Source: Candidatus Cloacimonadota bacterium (lineage in GTDB: Bacteria > Cloacimonadota > Cloacimonadia > JGIOTU-2). From it: a stretch of DNA of 64,000 bases. The notes beneath the pieces were generated by a model that made no database searches, was not told the origin of the DNA, and saw only the letters and a list, made by a program, of their open reading frames with translations. The position numbers and the translations under genes are program-made. How positions within the stretch are numbered: the stretch's first letter is position 1; every line of letters starts with the position of its first letter. The DNA lies in NCBI GenBank assembly GCA_049903315.1, contig JBNGBT010000008.1:32001-96000 (forward strand). The letters are read 5' to 3'. Of this stretch, positions 38,563 to 51,697 are shown in pieces.

Positions 38563-39085
38563 AAATATCATTGCAAGAAGATACTCATCAGCGCTTCTTG
38601 AGATTATCAAGAGGGATGATCTCGTACATTTTGAGAATGAGATCTCAGCATTGCAGACAATCCTGAAAGATGAGCCAGAAATTGAGGAATTTCTTGTCTC
38701 GCCCATTGTCGAGGATGAGCATAAAACCGAAATTATTGGGCTTCTCGTAAAAGAATTTAATGCATCAGAGGTGCTGCACAATTTCCTGAATGTACTCGTT
38801 GATAAAGAAAGGATATTCTATATTGCAGACATTCTTAAGGAATTGATCAGAAGAATACACAAGGAAATCGGCATCTTTGATTTTGAGCTTAAGACAGCAC
38901 ATGAACTCGATGAAGAAACAAGTGAAAATATAAAAAAATTCATCTCAAAATATGTTGATGGAAAAATAATATTTAAACATACGATTGATCGGCATATTAG
39001 AGGTGGCTTTCTCGCATTTAATGATGAACTGGCGGTAAATGCATCGATCAGAAACAATCTTGATGCTCTGAAAAGAGAGTTTTAA
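38555..39085 (+). CDS. atpH: ATP synthase subunit delta
   Basis: [24 protein letters not shown]. Confidence 0.92.
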   Translation: MIRNIIARRYSSALLEIIKRDDLVHFENEISALQTILKDEPEIEEFLVSPIVEDEHKTEIIGLLVKEFNASEVLHNFLNVLVDKERIFYIADILKELIRRIHKEIGIFDFELKTAHELDEETSENIKKFISKYVDGKIIFKHTIDRHIRGGFLAFNDELAVNASIRNNLDALKREF

Positions 39086-39111
39086 TATATGAAGCAGATT
39101 ATTTTAGGAGT

Positions 39112-40815
39112 ATGATGAAAATACAACCTGATGAAATCAGTAGAATAATCAAAGAAAAAATTGAAAAGTATAACTATAAAGTTGATATAGACGAAGTCGG
39201 CAGAGTTATCGAGGTCGGTGACGGTATCGCACGTGTGTATGGCCTGCAGGATGTCATGGCATCGGAACTTGTCCTTTTCAATAATGAAATCTACGGTATG
39301 GCACTAAATCTGGAAGAGGATAATGTCGGCTGTATCATCCTTGGCGAAAGTGATAAAATCAAAGAGGGTGATATTGTCAAAAGGACAAAGAAGATCGTAC
39401 AAGTACCGGTCGGCGAAGCAACGCTGGGACGTGTGGTGGATCCCCTCGGAATGCCTCTTGATGGAAAAGAGCCGATAAAATCCAAACTGAGTATGCCTAT
39501 TGAGAGAAAAGCACTTGGCGTTATTGCACGACAACCAGTGATAGAACCCCTGCAATCCGGGCTGAAAGCTATCGACTCCATGATCCCCATCGGAAGAGGA
39601 CAACGTGAACTCATAATTGGTGATAGACAAACCGGAAAAACAGCCCTCGCGGTTGATACGATCATAAACCAGAAAGATACAGACGTCTATTGTATTTATG
39701 TGGCGATTGGACAGAAAAGATCGTCAGTAGCAAAGGTCGTTGAGGCATTGAGAGAGCATGGAGCGCTGGATTATACAATTATCGTATCAGCAACCGCTTC
39801 CGATCCTGCTGCAATACAGTATATCGCTCCTTATTCCGGTGTCACAATGGGCGAATATTTCCGCGACAGAGGTAAGCATGTACTGGTAATTTATGATGAC
39901 CTTTCCAAACATGCTGTTGCATATCGCCAGATTTCACTTCTGCTCCGCAGACCTCCCGGTCGTGAAGCATATCCCGGCGATGTTTTCTATCTCCATTCAC
40001 GACTTCTTGAAAGAGCGTCAAAACTCGAAGAAATTTATATCATCATACCAAAAGAAATGGAAAAAGCAGAAGAAGGTGTGAATAAAAAAGAATATCGAAG
40101 GCATATTAAATCAAGCGATGAAGAACTCAAAAAAGATCTTAAGGAATTAGGAAATGATAAATTCAAGTTCTATAAGCTGCCGGAAACAGGCGGTTCACTC
40201 ACTGCTCTACCAATAATCGAAACCCAGGCAAGTGACATTTCTGCATACATTCCCACGAACGTGATCTCAATTACGGACGGTCAGATATATCTCGAATCAA
40301 AGCTCTTTTATTCCGGTGTGCGACCTGCGATCAATGCAGGATTATCGGTTTCACGAGTTGGGGGCAAAGCACAGATAAAGGCAATGAGACAGGTTGCAGG
40401 AAGATTGCGTATTGAACTTGCTCAGTTCAGAGAGCTGGAAGCGTTTGCGAAATTCGGCGCAGAGCTTGATAAGGATACTCAGGATCAACTTAATCGCGGG
40501 TACAGGTATGTAGAAATACTCAAACAGGGTCAGTACAAACCAATTCCCGTTGCCAAGCAGATTGCAATAATTTTCATGGGTTATGAAGGATATCTTGATG
40601 ACCTTCCGGTCGATATTATACAGGATGTTCAGGCAGAGCTTTTCGAATTAATGGATGAAGATTATCAGAAACTACAAAAAGAACTAGTTAAACCAGATGG
40701 AGTGACAGAAGAAGTCGAAAAGCAATTGCACGAGTTATCAAAAAAAGTAAAAAAAGTTTTCGAGCATCAGGTCATCGTAGAAGAAATAATCGAAGAAGAA
40801 GCATCAGCGAAATAG
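39112..40815 (+). CDS. atpA: ATP synthase subunit alpha
   Basis: [30 protein letters not shown]. Carries an internal insertion. Confidence 0.97.
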   Translation: MMKIQPDEISRIIKEKIEKYNYKVDIDEVGRVIEVGDGIARVYGLQDVMASELVLFNNEIYGMALNLEEDNVGCIILGESDKIKEGDIVKRTKKIVQVPVGEATLGRVVDPLGMPLDGKEPIKSKLSMPIERKALGVIARQPVIEPLQSGLKAIDSMIPIGRGQRELIIGDRQTGKTALAVDTIINQKDTDVYCIYVAIGQKRSSVAKVVEALREHGALDYTIIVSATASDPAAIQYIAPYSGVTMGEYFRDRGKHVLVIYDDLSKHAVAYRQISLLLRRPPGREAYPGDVFYLHSRLLERASKLEEIYIIIPKEMEKAEEGVNKKEYRRHIKSSDEELKKDLKELGNDKFKFYKLPETGGSLTALPIIETQASDISAYIPTNVISITDGQIYLESKLFYSGVRPAINAGLSVSRVGGKAQIKAMRQVAGRLRIELAQFRELEAFAKFGAELDKDTQDQLNRGYRYVEILKQGQYKPIPVAKQIAIIFMGYEGYLDDLPVDIIQDVQAELFELMDEDYQKLQKELVKPDGVTEEVEKQLHELSKKVKKVFEHQVIVEEIIEEEASAK

Positions 40816-40816
40816 T

Positions 40817-43222
<2,406 letters not shown>

Positions 43223-43223
<1 letters not shown>

Positions 43224-43642
43224 TGGCCAATAATTCACAATTGCTTCATTTAAAAATAGTCACACCTAGGGGAGTATTCTTTGAAGATGACGTGGGTGAG
43301 CTCGTTGCTCCCGGCAAAGATGGTGATTTTGGAGTCCAGACCGGGCATACGCCATTTATATCTTCAGTGAGACCCGGCATTTTGAAAATCTATAAAAACG
43401 ACAAACCAGAGCTCTATTCTCTAATCAATGGTTTTGTGATGGTGGATGTCGATAAGGTGAGAATTTTCACAGAAATAATAGAAAAACCGGAAGATATCGA
43501 TAAAAACAGAGCAGAGCGTGCAAAACAACGAGCTGAAAAACGCCTGCAGGAGAAAAAGGAACATACGGATCTTCGTCGCGCTGAAGGTGCGCTGAGAAGA
43601 GCTATTGCCCGTATTCAGATAAGCGAAGAGGGATTTCACTAA
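43223..43642 (+). CDS. atpC: ATP synthase subunit epsilon
   Basis: IVTPRG, GDFGVQTGHTP, RAERAKQRAE...LRRAIAR. Confidence 0.95.
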
Positions 43643-43705
43643 TTGATTTCTTTGACGTAGAATAAATCGATAGCTATATGTGAGTATAGCTATTTTTTTA
43701 TATAG

Positions 43706-45007
43706 GTGATACATTTGAAAAGACAAAAAAAGATATTGATAATCTCATTGGCATTTCTTTCAATGCTCTGCTTCACTACTTTACAAGCAGAACAAGAAGA
43801 TTCTCCATTCGTTGAGCACAAAGTTCTTTCAGGAGAGAATCTGTATACGATTGCCAGGAAATATATTGACCGATCCCCGACTCTTTTTCTTGGGGAATTT
43901 GTAGAGCAGATCAGAAGTGTAAATAACATCTCTGATTCTAATGTAATACATGTAGGTCAAATAATATTGATACCGACTGAAGCAACGAATCTTATCAATA
44001 AGGAAAAAGTACGACATGATTCATTGTGCGGGATTTATCTTAACACCTATTCTCTAACCGAAAATAACATGCAGCGCATTATAAACAGATATGATTCACT
44101 TAAATGCAATGCGCTTGTTGTTGATTTTTCAAATGTGAGGGGTACCCTTTTTTACTCTTCTAGAAACAATATTGCTCAGCAGAACAACCTATCAACTCCA
44201 ATTATTCGGGATCCTCAAAAACTCGCTAACATGCTGCATATGAATGATATCGAACTTATAGCCCGTGTCACAATGTTCAAAGACACGACACTTGCGCATA
44301 ACTATCCAGAATGGCGACCTGTTCTTATTCCTGATTCAACTGATACTCTTGCATCTAAGAAGAAATATGCGGAGCACTGGCTTAATCCGAATAACCAGGA
44401 AGTACAGAAATATAAACTTGATATTATCAAAGAAATAATTTCTCTCGGAGTTGATGAGATACAGCTTGATTATGTACGTTTTCCGACCGAGGGTCATCTC
44501 CTTGATGCGGATTTTGGCATTCCAGACTCAATCACGAAGCAGGATGTGATAACAGATTTTATTTCAAAAGTATATGAGGTAACTCAGCAGAAAGGGGTAA
44601 ATCTCTCTGCTGATATTTTCGGGATCGTTGCATTTCAGCATCATGATGATGTGCAGAACACGGGACAGGATATCGGCAGAATCATGCCGTATCTGGATAG
44701 AATTCATCCAATGATATATCCCTCACATTTTTATGGAGAATTCTGGGGAAAAGCATATCCCGGTAAGGAACCCTATTATTTTATTTATCGAATGTGCAGG
44801 GTGCTGAAAGAAGAAATCGAAGATGATCAAAAGATCATACCTTATCTTGAATCTTTCTCGTTGTATAATAATTATATTGATCCTTACACGATCTCTGCTC
44901 AGATACAGGCAGTAAAAGATGCGGGATTGAAAGGTGGATTTCTTTTCTGGAATGCCGGAGCAAATTATGAGTCAACCTGGAAAGCGCTTGAGGAGTTTAT
45001 AGAATAA
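43706..45007 (+). CDS. LysM domain plus putative glycoside hydrolase (DUF4015-like TIM barrel)
   Basis: HKVLSGENLYTIARKY LysM, IARVTMFKD, GVDEIQLDYVRFP, PMIYPSHF. Confidence 0.8.
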   Translation: MIHLKRQKKILIISLAFLSMLCFTTLQAEQEDSPFVEHKVLSGENLYTIARKYIDRSPTLFLGEFVEQIRSVNNISDSNVIHVGQIILIPTEATNLINKEKVRHDSLCGIYLNTYSLTENNMQRIINRYDSLKCNALVVDFSNVRGTLFYSSRNNIAQQNNLSTPIIRDPQKLANMLHMNDIELIARVTMFKDTTLAHNYPEWRPVLIPDSTDTLASKKKYAEHWLNPNNQEVQKYKLDIIKEIISLGVDEIQLDYVRFPTEGHLLDADFGIPDSITKQDVITDFISKVYEVTQQKGVNLSADIFGIVAFQHHDDVQNTGQDIGRIMPYLDRIHPMIYPSHFYGEFWGKAYPGKEPYYFIYRMCRVLKEEIEDDQKIIPYLESFSLYNNYIDPYTISAQIQAVKDAGLKGGFLFWNAGANYESTWKALEEFIE

Positions 45008-45057
45008 TACCTCATTATTTTCTTGACGCTCAGAATCCGCATTCATGAATAAATTAT

Positions 45058-45609
45058 ATGAAAATAAAATTCATTCAAATTCCTCTCATACTTCTCTACA
45101 CCATTATCATATTTCTCCTCACCTGTTGCGCTTCAAAAACAGGTTTGATTCCCGGAGCAGCAAGCGGAAAATATATCGAGGTTTTCTTTCTTTCCGAAAC
45201 TACAAACCAGTATTTCATCCACCCGATCGAATGGAAAGAAAAGGGAATTACATTCAGTTTAGATTTTACTGTTCGAACCAGTAGGAAACCACAACCCAAT
45301 GATCCTGTAAATTTCAGCTATACTCTCGAAAAGAACGACCCATTTAATGATGAACTGGTGCTTTATTTTGTGCTTAATGACACTACTGCCGTAGCACCGT
45401 CTATGATAGAATCTCTTGCTTCTGAGGATAATAACAGTTATGTAAGATACACAAGTCAGATCGAATACGGTGATTTTATTAAATTGATCTCTGCAAAAAG
45501 AGTCGATATTATTCTTCTGGATGGGATGAATGATACCCGCAGCAAGTTACCGAAGCAATTTTACAAGGCAGCAGATGAGATGAAAAAAATGTTGAACATT
45601 CAAAATTAA
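45058..45609 (+). CDS. Hypothetical lipoprotein
   Basis: Hydrophobic leader ending LLTCCAS. No recognised domain. Confidence 0.6.
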   Translation: MKIKFIQIPLILLYTIIIFLLTCCASKTGLIPGAASGKYIEVFFLSETTNQYFIHPIEWKEKGITFSLDFTVRTSRKPQPNDPVNFSYTLEKNDPFNDELVLYFVLNDTTAVAPSMIESLASEDNNSYVRYTSQIEYGDFIKLISAKRVDIILLDGMNDTRSKLPKQFYKAADEMKKMLNIQN

Positions 45610-45620
45610 AAGAGTGAGTG

Positions 45621-45797
45621 ATGAAAAGAGCTTTTAATATTTTTATTTGTTTGACCTCAGGGCTTATTGTCGGCATCATTATCAGTAAATTATTACTTGA
45701 ACCAGACTGGCAGGATGCATTTGCCAGCCCTGCAGTTATCGGGGCAGTTATCGGCACAGCAGTCGGATTTCAAACAAACAGGAAGAAAAAGAAATAA
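45621..45797 (+). CDS. Small (58 aa) two-TM membrane protein
   Basis: Hand-translated MKRAFNIFICLTSGLIVGIIISKLLLEPDWQDAFASPAVIGAVIGTAVGFQTNRKKKK; below the track cutoff. Confidence 0.55.
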   Translation: MKRAFNIFICLTSGLIVGIIISKLLLEPDWQDAFASPAVIGAVIGTAVGFQTNRKKKK

Positions 45798-45898
45798 ATA
45801 TTTACTTGAGGAAAATTATAATTATAAATTTTCTTGACGCACTATTTCCCTCTTAGGCAATAATTTACACGCATTTAAAAAATCTCGTAAGGAAGTAT

Positions 45899-47380
45899 AT
45901 GGAAGAACTGTCTCACGAAACACGACTGGCACAATTATCACTCATTGCAGACAAGAAATACCTGCCGCTTGCAATGGACTTTATTCAGGATGTGGCAGTT
46001 GTTGTAGGATTAGAAAAATCCGATGCGCAAAAACTCGAACTGATCGTGGAAGAAGCAAGCCTCAATGTTATAGAACATGCCTTTGATGAGGATGAAAAAG
46101 GAAATTTTGAGATCATTATCATGAGAAAACCCGGACAGCTTGTCATCTCGATTAGAGATAAAGGACTTCCTTTTGATTTTCAAAAAATAAAACCCGGCGA
46201 GAATTCAGGATTGGGCATGGTTCTCATGAAAGCATTGGCAGACGAAATACATTTTGTCAATCTTGGAAGAGAGGGCAAAGAGGTCTTATTTATAAAAAAT
46301 CTTCCTTATAAAAACATTACTGAATTAGAAGAATTGCCGGAAACAAAGGAAGCCATCCCCGTAGAAAAAAAGGATGTCGAACTTACCTACCGATTGATGA
46401 CCGAGCAGGATGCAGTTCCCATGGCACGATGCATGTATCGGTCTTATGGCTATTCCTATGGCAACGATTTTGTGTATTATCCGGAAAAAGTACAAGAACT
46501 CATTAAAAGCAAGCTGCTTCACTCATGCGTTGTATTAAATCCCGAAGGAGAGCTGATCGGGCACCTTGCAATGATGCTGGAATCTCCTGATGCTAAGATC
46601 GGAGAAACGGGAATGGCTGTCGTCGATCCGCGCTACAGAGGTCACGGCATATTCAAGAAAACTAAATTATTTTTAATTGATTATGCGAAAAAAAGAAATA
46701 TGGCAGGGATCTACAGCGAAGCCGTAGCAGTGCATCCCTATACCCAAAAAGGGAATATCTCACTCGGTGCTCATGAGACAGGATTTCTTATCGGTTTCAC
46801 TCCCTCAACAATGTTCTTCAAAAAGATCGAAACGCAGCAGAGAACGAAACGGCAAACCACCGTTCTTTTCTATCTTACACTGAAAGATGAAGAGGAAAAG
46901 ATATACCCTCCATTCCATCATAAAGCAATGATAAAGAAGATATATGAGATGAGCGGGTTGAAGAGAAAGATAGAGAAAGCGGCGCACAATATTTTAGATG
47001 ATATACCTGAAAAATCACAAATCGATGTGAGGGTGCAAACAGAACCGGGCAGAGCATTTATGAGAGTCTCGCAATTCGGGAAGGATGTTGTCGAACTTAT
47101 TGGATTTAGATTACATGAACTTTGCCTGCAAAAGATCGACTGCATCTATATAGATCTGCCGTTAAGCCATCCTATGACACAGCAGATATGTGCGCCACTC
47201 GAAATGCTTGGATTTTTCTTCGCAGGCATTATTCCTGAAATGTTTGACGGAGATGTACTCAGATTACAATATCTCAACAATGTTGATATAGACTTTGAGA
47301 AAGTGACTGTTGTCTCAGATTTTGGAAAGGAGCTTTTTGACTACGTAGTCAAGGCGCACGAAAGGGAATTATCAGTATGA
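45899..47380 (+). CDS. RsbW-like HATPase_c_2 domain fused to GNAT acetyltransferase domain
   Basis: EEASLNVIEHAF, RDKGLPFD, GLGMVLMKALAD, then VVDPRYRGHG acetyl-CoA motif. Confidence 0.8.
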   Translation: MEELSHETRLAQLSLIADKKYLPLAMDFIQDVAVVVGLEKSDAQKLELIVEEASLNVIEHAFDEDEKGNFEIIIMRKPGQLVISIRDKGLPFDFQKIKPGENSGLGMVLMKALADEIHFVNLGREGKEVLFIKNLPYKNITELEELPETKEAIPVEKKDVELTYRLMTEQDAVPMARCMYRSYGYSYGNDFVYYPEKVQELIKSKLLHSCVVLNPEGELIGHLAMMLESPDAKIGETGMAVVDPRYRGHGIFKKTKLFLIDYAKKRNMAGIYSEAVAVHPYTQKGNISLGAHETGFLIGFTPSTMFFKKIETQQRTKRQTTVLFYLTLKDEEEKIYPPFHHKAMIKKIYEMSGLKRKIEKAAHNILDDIPEKSQIDVRVQTEPGRAFMRVSQFGKDVVELIGFRLHELCLQKIDCIYIDLPLSHPMTQQICAPLEMLGFFFAGIIPEMFDGDVLRLQYLNNVDIDFEKVTVVSDFGKELFDYVVKAHERELSV

Positions 47381-47411
47381 TTTTAAAAAAGCAAAAAGAA
47401 AAAAAATGCAG

Positions 47412-47595
47412 AACCACGAAACACCAGTCTTCTCCACCTATTATTGTGCCATGGCACAATCAACTGGCGGATACGCCAAGGCAGGCACGAAATTAATAAA
47501 ATGATATTTAGAACAATATTTTCTCTTAAAATCTGTTTTGGTGCTTTTCGCCTGCAGCGGCGCAATGTAATGAAGACGTGTGATTTTCGTGGTAA
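47412..47595. repeat. Intergenic repeat mosaic bounded by inverted ACCACGAAA, containing an 18-bp perfect palindrome
   Basis: AACCACGAAACAC at 47412, TTTTCGTGGTAA ending at 47595, ATTGTGCCATGGCACAAT at 47443-47460. Confidence 0.5.
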
Positions 47596-47619
47596 AAGTA
47601 TTTATAACAAGGAGTAACT

Positions 47620-49275
47620 ATGGTAAAAGAAAACTTTATTGATTATATCGAGAAAGGGATCAAAGAAAACTGGGACCTTCAGGCATTCACAAACTACCGC
47701 GGCGACACACTTAATTATGGGCAGACCGCAAGCGAAATCCTGAAACTTCATCATATATTCAAAGCACTCGATGTAAAGAAAGGTGCAAAGATCGCTGTGC
47801 TTGGAAAAAATTCTACGAATTGGGCAATTACATATCTTGCAACCGTGACATACGGTGCGGTCATTGTCCCGATCCTTGCGGATTTCAAGGCAGATGACAT
47901 TCATCATATACTCAATCACTCGGAAGCGGAAATGCTTTTTGTCGGAGACGGATTATATGAAGATATTGATGAGAAGATGATTCCAAATATCAATGTAATT
48001 TTTGCTTTGGAAGATTTTTCGATACTCTACAACAAACACAATTCTATCAAAGAAGATATCACAAAAGCAAAAGTTCACTGGGATAAGGAATTTGAAAAAA
48101 ATCTCACACCAAGTTCTTTCACTTTCGAAAAGATCAAGAATGATAAACTCGCAGCGATTGTCTATACATCTGGAACGACCGGATTTTCTAAAGGCGTGAT
48201 GCTTTCACACAATAGTCTAATCGGAAATATTGTGTATGCTCATGAGCACATGCCACTGAAAGCAGGCGAAAGAATCCTCTCATTCCTTCCGCTTGCCCAT
48301 GCATACGGTTGCGCATTTGAATTTCTCTTTCCTTTTACACTCGGGTGTCATATTACATTCCTCACAAAATTACCATCACCCAAGATAATCCTTAAGGCAT
48401 TTGCAGATGTTCAGCCGCATCTTATTCTCTCTGTTCCCCTTATTATTGAGAAGATATACCGTAAACAGGTCAAACCCGTACTTGATAAAGGGAGCATGAA
48501 GGTACTCATTGCACTGCCGGGCTTGAAATCGGTGATAAAGAATAAGATCAAGAAAAAGCTGGTTGCGGCATTTGGCAGCAATTTCTACGAACTTGTGGTC
48601 GGAGGAGCCGCATTAAATGAAGAGGCTGAAGCGTTTTTCCAATGTATAAAATTCCCTATCACAATCGGCTACGGTATGACGGAGTGCGGACCACTCATCA
48701 GCTATGCAAGTTGGGATAAGCATAAACCGGCTTCATGTGGACAAACCATAAATTTTCTCGAAGCGAAAATTGATTCAGATGATCCTCAAACTATTGTGGG
48801 AGAAATTATGGTGCGGGGAGAAGTGGTCATGGATGGCTATTTCAAAAACAAAGAGGCTACTGCTGCTGCTATTGACGAAGATGGCTGGCTTCATACTGGC
48901 GATCTGGGATTGATTGATAAAGACGGTTTCATATTTATCAAAGGGCGAAGGAAGAGTATGATACTCAGTTCATCAGGTCAAAATATCTATCCCGAAGAAC
49001 TGGAAGCTAAAATTGATAATCTTCCCTATATTCAAGAGTCTCTTGTAATTGAGAAAAGTGGAAAGCTCGTTGCATTGGTTTACGCAGATTTTGAGAAAAT
49101 AGACTCTGAAAAGATCTCGGAAACACAGATCGAAGATATCATGGAGCAGAACAGGAAAGATATCAACAAGATATTGCCTTCGTACAGCTTTATATCCAAA
49201 TTTGAACTGTATCCCGAGGAATTTGAAAAGACACCGACCAAGAAGATCAAGCGATTCCTCTATAATATTCAATAA
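47620..49275 (+). CDS. Long-chain fatty acid-CoA ligase (AMP-binding)
   Basis: YTSGTTGFSKG, GYGMTE, GWLHTGDLG, GQNIYPEELE. Confidence 0.9.
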   Translation: MVKENFIDYIEKGIKENWDLQAFTNYRGDTLNYGQTASEILKLHHIFKALDVKKGAKIAVLGKNSTNWAITYLATVTYGAVIVPILADFKADDIHHILNHSEAEMLFVGDGLYEDIDEKMIPNINVIFALEDFSILYNKHNSIKEDITKAKVHWDKEFEKNLTPSSFTFEKIKNDKLAAIVYTSGTTGFSKGVMLSHNSLIGNIVYAHEHMPLKAGERILSFLPLAHAYGCAFEFLFPFTLGCHITFLTKLPSPKIILKAFADVQPHLILSVPLIIEKIYRKQVKPVLDKGSMKVLIALPGLKSVIKNKIKKKLVAAFGSNFYELVVGGAALNEEAEAFFQCIKFPITIGYGMTECGPLISYASWDKHKPASCGQTINFLEAKIDSDDPQTIVGEIMVRGEVVMDGYFKNKEATAAAIDEDGWLHTGDLGLIDKDGFIFIKGRRKSMILSSSGQNIYPEELEAKIDNLPYIQESLVIEKSGKLVALVYADFEKIDSEKISETQIEDIMEQNRKDINKILPSYSFISKFELYPEEFEKTPTKKIKRFLYNIQ

Positions 49276-49301
49276 GCTCGAGGCGATATAATTTATAGAT
49301 A

Positions 49302-50099
49302 ATGGATCATGCATTTCTGCTTAAGCTCCTTCTGAGTTTTTTACTTGGAGGGATCTGGATCACATTCTCGACGATCATTGCAGAAAGATTCGGGTCAAAA
49401 CTCGGCGGCGTTATCGCGGGACTTCCGAGCACGATCATCATCTCGCTTTTTTTTATCGGCTGGACTCAATCGCCAATAATTGCCAACAGGGCAACAACGG
49501 TCATTCCTATTGTCATGGGGATCGACGCATTTTTCGTCGTCGTGTATGCGCTTCTCAGAAAGAAAAGTTTCTCTATTGCACTTGGTGGAGCTCTTCTGTT
49601 CTGGGGTGGATCTGCGTTCATTCTTGCATCGGTTAAGTTTGACAGTTTCCTGATCTCTATGATTGGCTTTGTCGTACTTGTTATACTCTCATATCACATC
49701 CTGGAAAAGTGGAATTCATTCCCGTCGGAGTCAAAGAAATATGCAAAGTATACTGCGCCGGTACTACTGATACGAGGAATCCTCAGCGGCTCGATCATCG
49801 CATTTGCTGTTCTTATGGCAAAGATTGCAGGACCTCTTATCGGCGGTATGTTCTCTGTTTTTCCCGCAGTGATGCTGTCCACAATGATCATTACTTATTT
49901 TGCTCATGGAACCAGCTTTTCTGTTGCAGTACTCAAAATACTCACGGTAAGCGGACCGGTGAATGTCGTTACATATGCAGTTGCAGTGCGCTATCTTTAT
50001 GGAAGTGTCGGACTTCTCTGGGGAACGCTGATCGCATTTGTTATTTCTATGATAAGTTCGTTTTTGGTATATCAATTCGTAAAAAGAAAAATGATATAA
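49302..50099 (+). CDS. Multi-pass membrane protein (DUF3147-like, duplicated)
   Basis: AERFGSKLGGVIAGLP and GPLIGGMFSVFP internal repeat. Confidence 0.65.
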   Translation: MDHAFLLKLLLSFLLGGIWITFSTIIAERFGSKLGGVIAGLPSTIIISLFFIGWTQSPIIANRATTVIPIVMGIDAFFVVVYALLRKKSFSIALGGALLFWGGSAFILASVKFDSFLISMIGFVVLVILSYHILEKWNSFPSESKKYAKYTAPVLLIRGILSGSIIAFAVLMAKIAGPLIGGMFSVFPAVMLSTMIITYFAHGTSFSVAVLKILTVSGPVNVVTYAVAVRYLYGSVGLLWGTLIAFVISMISSFLVYQFVKRKMI

Positions 50100-50114
50100 C
50101 ATGTAAGGAGGACA

Positions 50115-51467
50115 ATGGAAAAAAAAGTTAAAACACAGGGTAGTGGCTATATGGGATTTTGGGCTATTGTCGCGCTTGGCGTCGGGGGAATGGTCGGAGG
50201 TGGAATATTTGCAGTCCTTGGTCTTGCAGTACAGCTTGCTCATGGCGGCACACCTGTGGCATTTGGTCTGGCAGGTATCGTAGCGCTTCTGACAACCTAT
50301 TCATACTCCAAACTCTCTGTTGCCTATCCAAGTGAAGGGGGCACTGTTGAGTTCATTAACCAGGCATTCAAACCGGGTTTCTTCACAGGCGGGATGAACG
50401 TCCTTCTCTGGCTCAGTTATGTGGTCATGCTGTCATTATATTCCTATGCTTTCGGCAGCTACGGAAGCACCTTTTTCCCCGAAGCGATACAGCCCGTGAT
50501 GAAGCATGTATGCATCAGCGGCGTTATAATTATCTTTACATTCCTTAATGTGATCGGTTCCCGCGCAGTGGGCAGAGCAGAGAAATGGATCGTGGGAATC
50601 AAGATTCTTATCCTGTTATTTTTTACCGGGGCAGGCGTGTGGTCGATCAAAGTTGCAAATTTCATGCCTGCAAAATGGGTCAGCACAATCCCGCTTATTG
50701 CAGGCGGTATGATCATCTTTGTTGCGTATGAAGGATTTGAACTCATTGCTAACACAGCGAACCAGGTTCAGCATAGAAAGAAAACAATACCGAGAGCTTA
50801 TTTCACCGCAGTGATATTTGTCATCATACTCTATATTGTTATTGCGTTGATCACGGTCGGGAATATTACGAGTCTAGCTGAAGTCGCGAAATATAGAGAT
50901 TACATTCTTGCTGAAGTTGCTAAACCATTTCTCGGGCAATTTGGATTTGTACTCATCACAATTGCTGCGCTTCTTGCTACGGCTTCTGCGGTGAATGCCA
51001 CGTTGTATGGTGCTTCTCGGGTAAGTTATATCATCGCAAAAGATGGCGAACTGCCAAAAGTACTTGAAAAACAGGTGTGGCATAAACAGAATATTGAAGG
51101 ACTTTTCATTACGACTGCAATAACGCTGCTCGTGGCGAATTTCTTTAATCTCTCGAGTATTTCCACAATGGGAAGTGCAGGATTTTTGCTGATCTTTGGT
51201 TTTGTGAATATCTCGAATGTGATTCTGGCTAAAAGCACAGAGAGCAAAAAATTCATCTCTATGATTGGTGCGATCGTGTGTTTTATTGCACTCTTTGCGC
51301 TTGTCTGGCAGACCGCCAAAACAAATCCAAGCAATATATGGGTGCTTGTTATTATGCTCGGTTTGTCATTTATAATTGAAGGTTTTTACAAAAGCATAAC
51401 CGGAAAAGATTTCAAGAAAATACTCGATCCCAACTTGAAGGAGAACCAGGCAAAGAATTTGGAGTAG
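50115..51467 (+). CDS. APC family amino acid permease
   Basis: GGMVGGGIF, FVAYEGFELIAN, about 12 TMs. Confidence 0.9.
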   Translation: MEKKVKTQGSGYMGFWAIVALGVGGMVGGGIFAVLGLAVQLAHGGTPVAFGLAGIVALLTTYSYSKLSVAYPSEGGTVEFINQAFKPGFFTGGMNVLLWLSYVVMLSLYSYAFGSYGSTFFPEAIQPVMKHVCISGVIIIFTFLNVIGSRAVGRAEKWIVGIKILILLFFTGAGVWSIKVANFMPAKWVSTIPLIAGGMIIFVAYEGFELIANTANQVQHRKKTIPRAYFTAVIFVIILYIVIALITVGNITSLAEVAKYRDYILAEVAKPFLGQFGFVLITIAALLATASAVNATLYGASRVSYIIAKDGELPKVLEKQVWHKQNIEGLFITTAITLLVANFFNLSSISTMGSAGFLLIFGFVNISNVILAKSTESKKFISMIGAIVCFIALFALVWQTAKTNPSNIWVLVIMLGLSFIIEGFYKSITGKDFKKILDPNLKENQAKNLE

Positions 51468-51697
51468 GAATAAATGTAAAAAGCCGGATCTGGAAAGATG
51501 TGTTCTGAATTAGGATTTTTATAAAGATTTGAAAGAATAAACTATTTGACAAGAAGGGTAGTGATTTAAAAAGAATTCGAAATAAAAAATATGATTGGAT
51601 TTACTGCAGAAATTGTGGAAAATAGATGAGGATAATTATATTAATGTAAAAAAGATAAACTGGAATATAAATTAATAAATTAAGAAAGGACAAGAGT

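Noticed and set aside
38116..38781. 221-aa minus-strand ORF and the many other short overlapping ORFs in the track
   Set aside because: Antisense or alternate-frame to well-supported genes, with no recognisable motifs or RBS.
47450..47470. TGGCAC as a sigma54 promoter
   Set aside because: No TTGC/TTGT at the -12 position on either strand; it is part of a palindrome.
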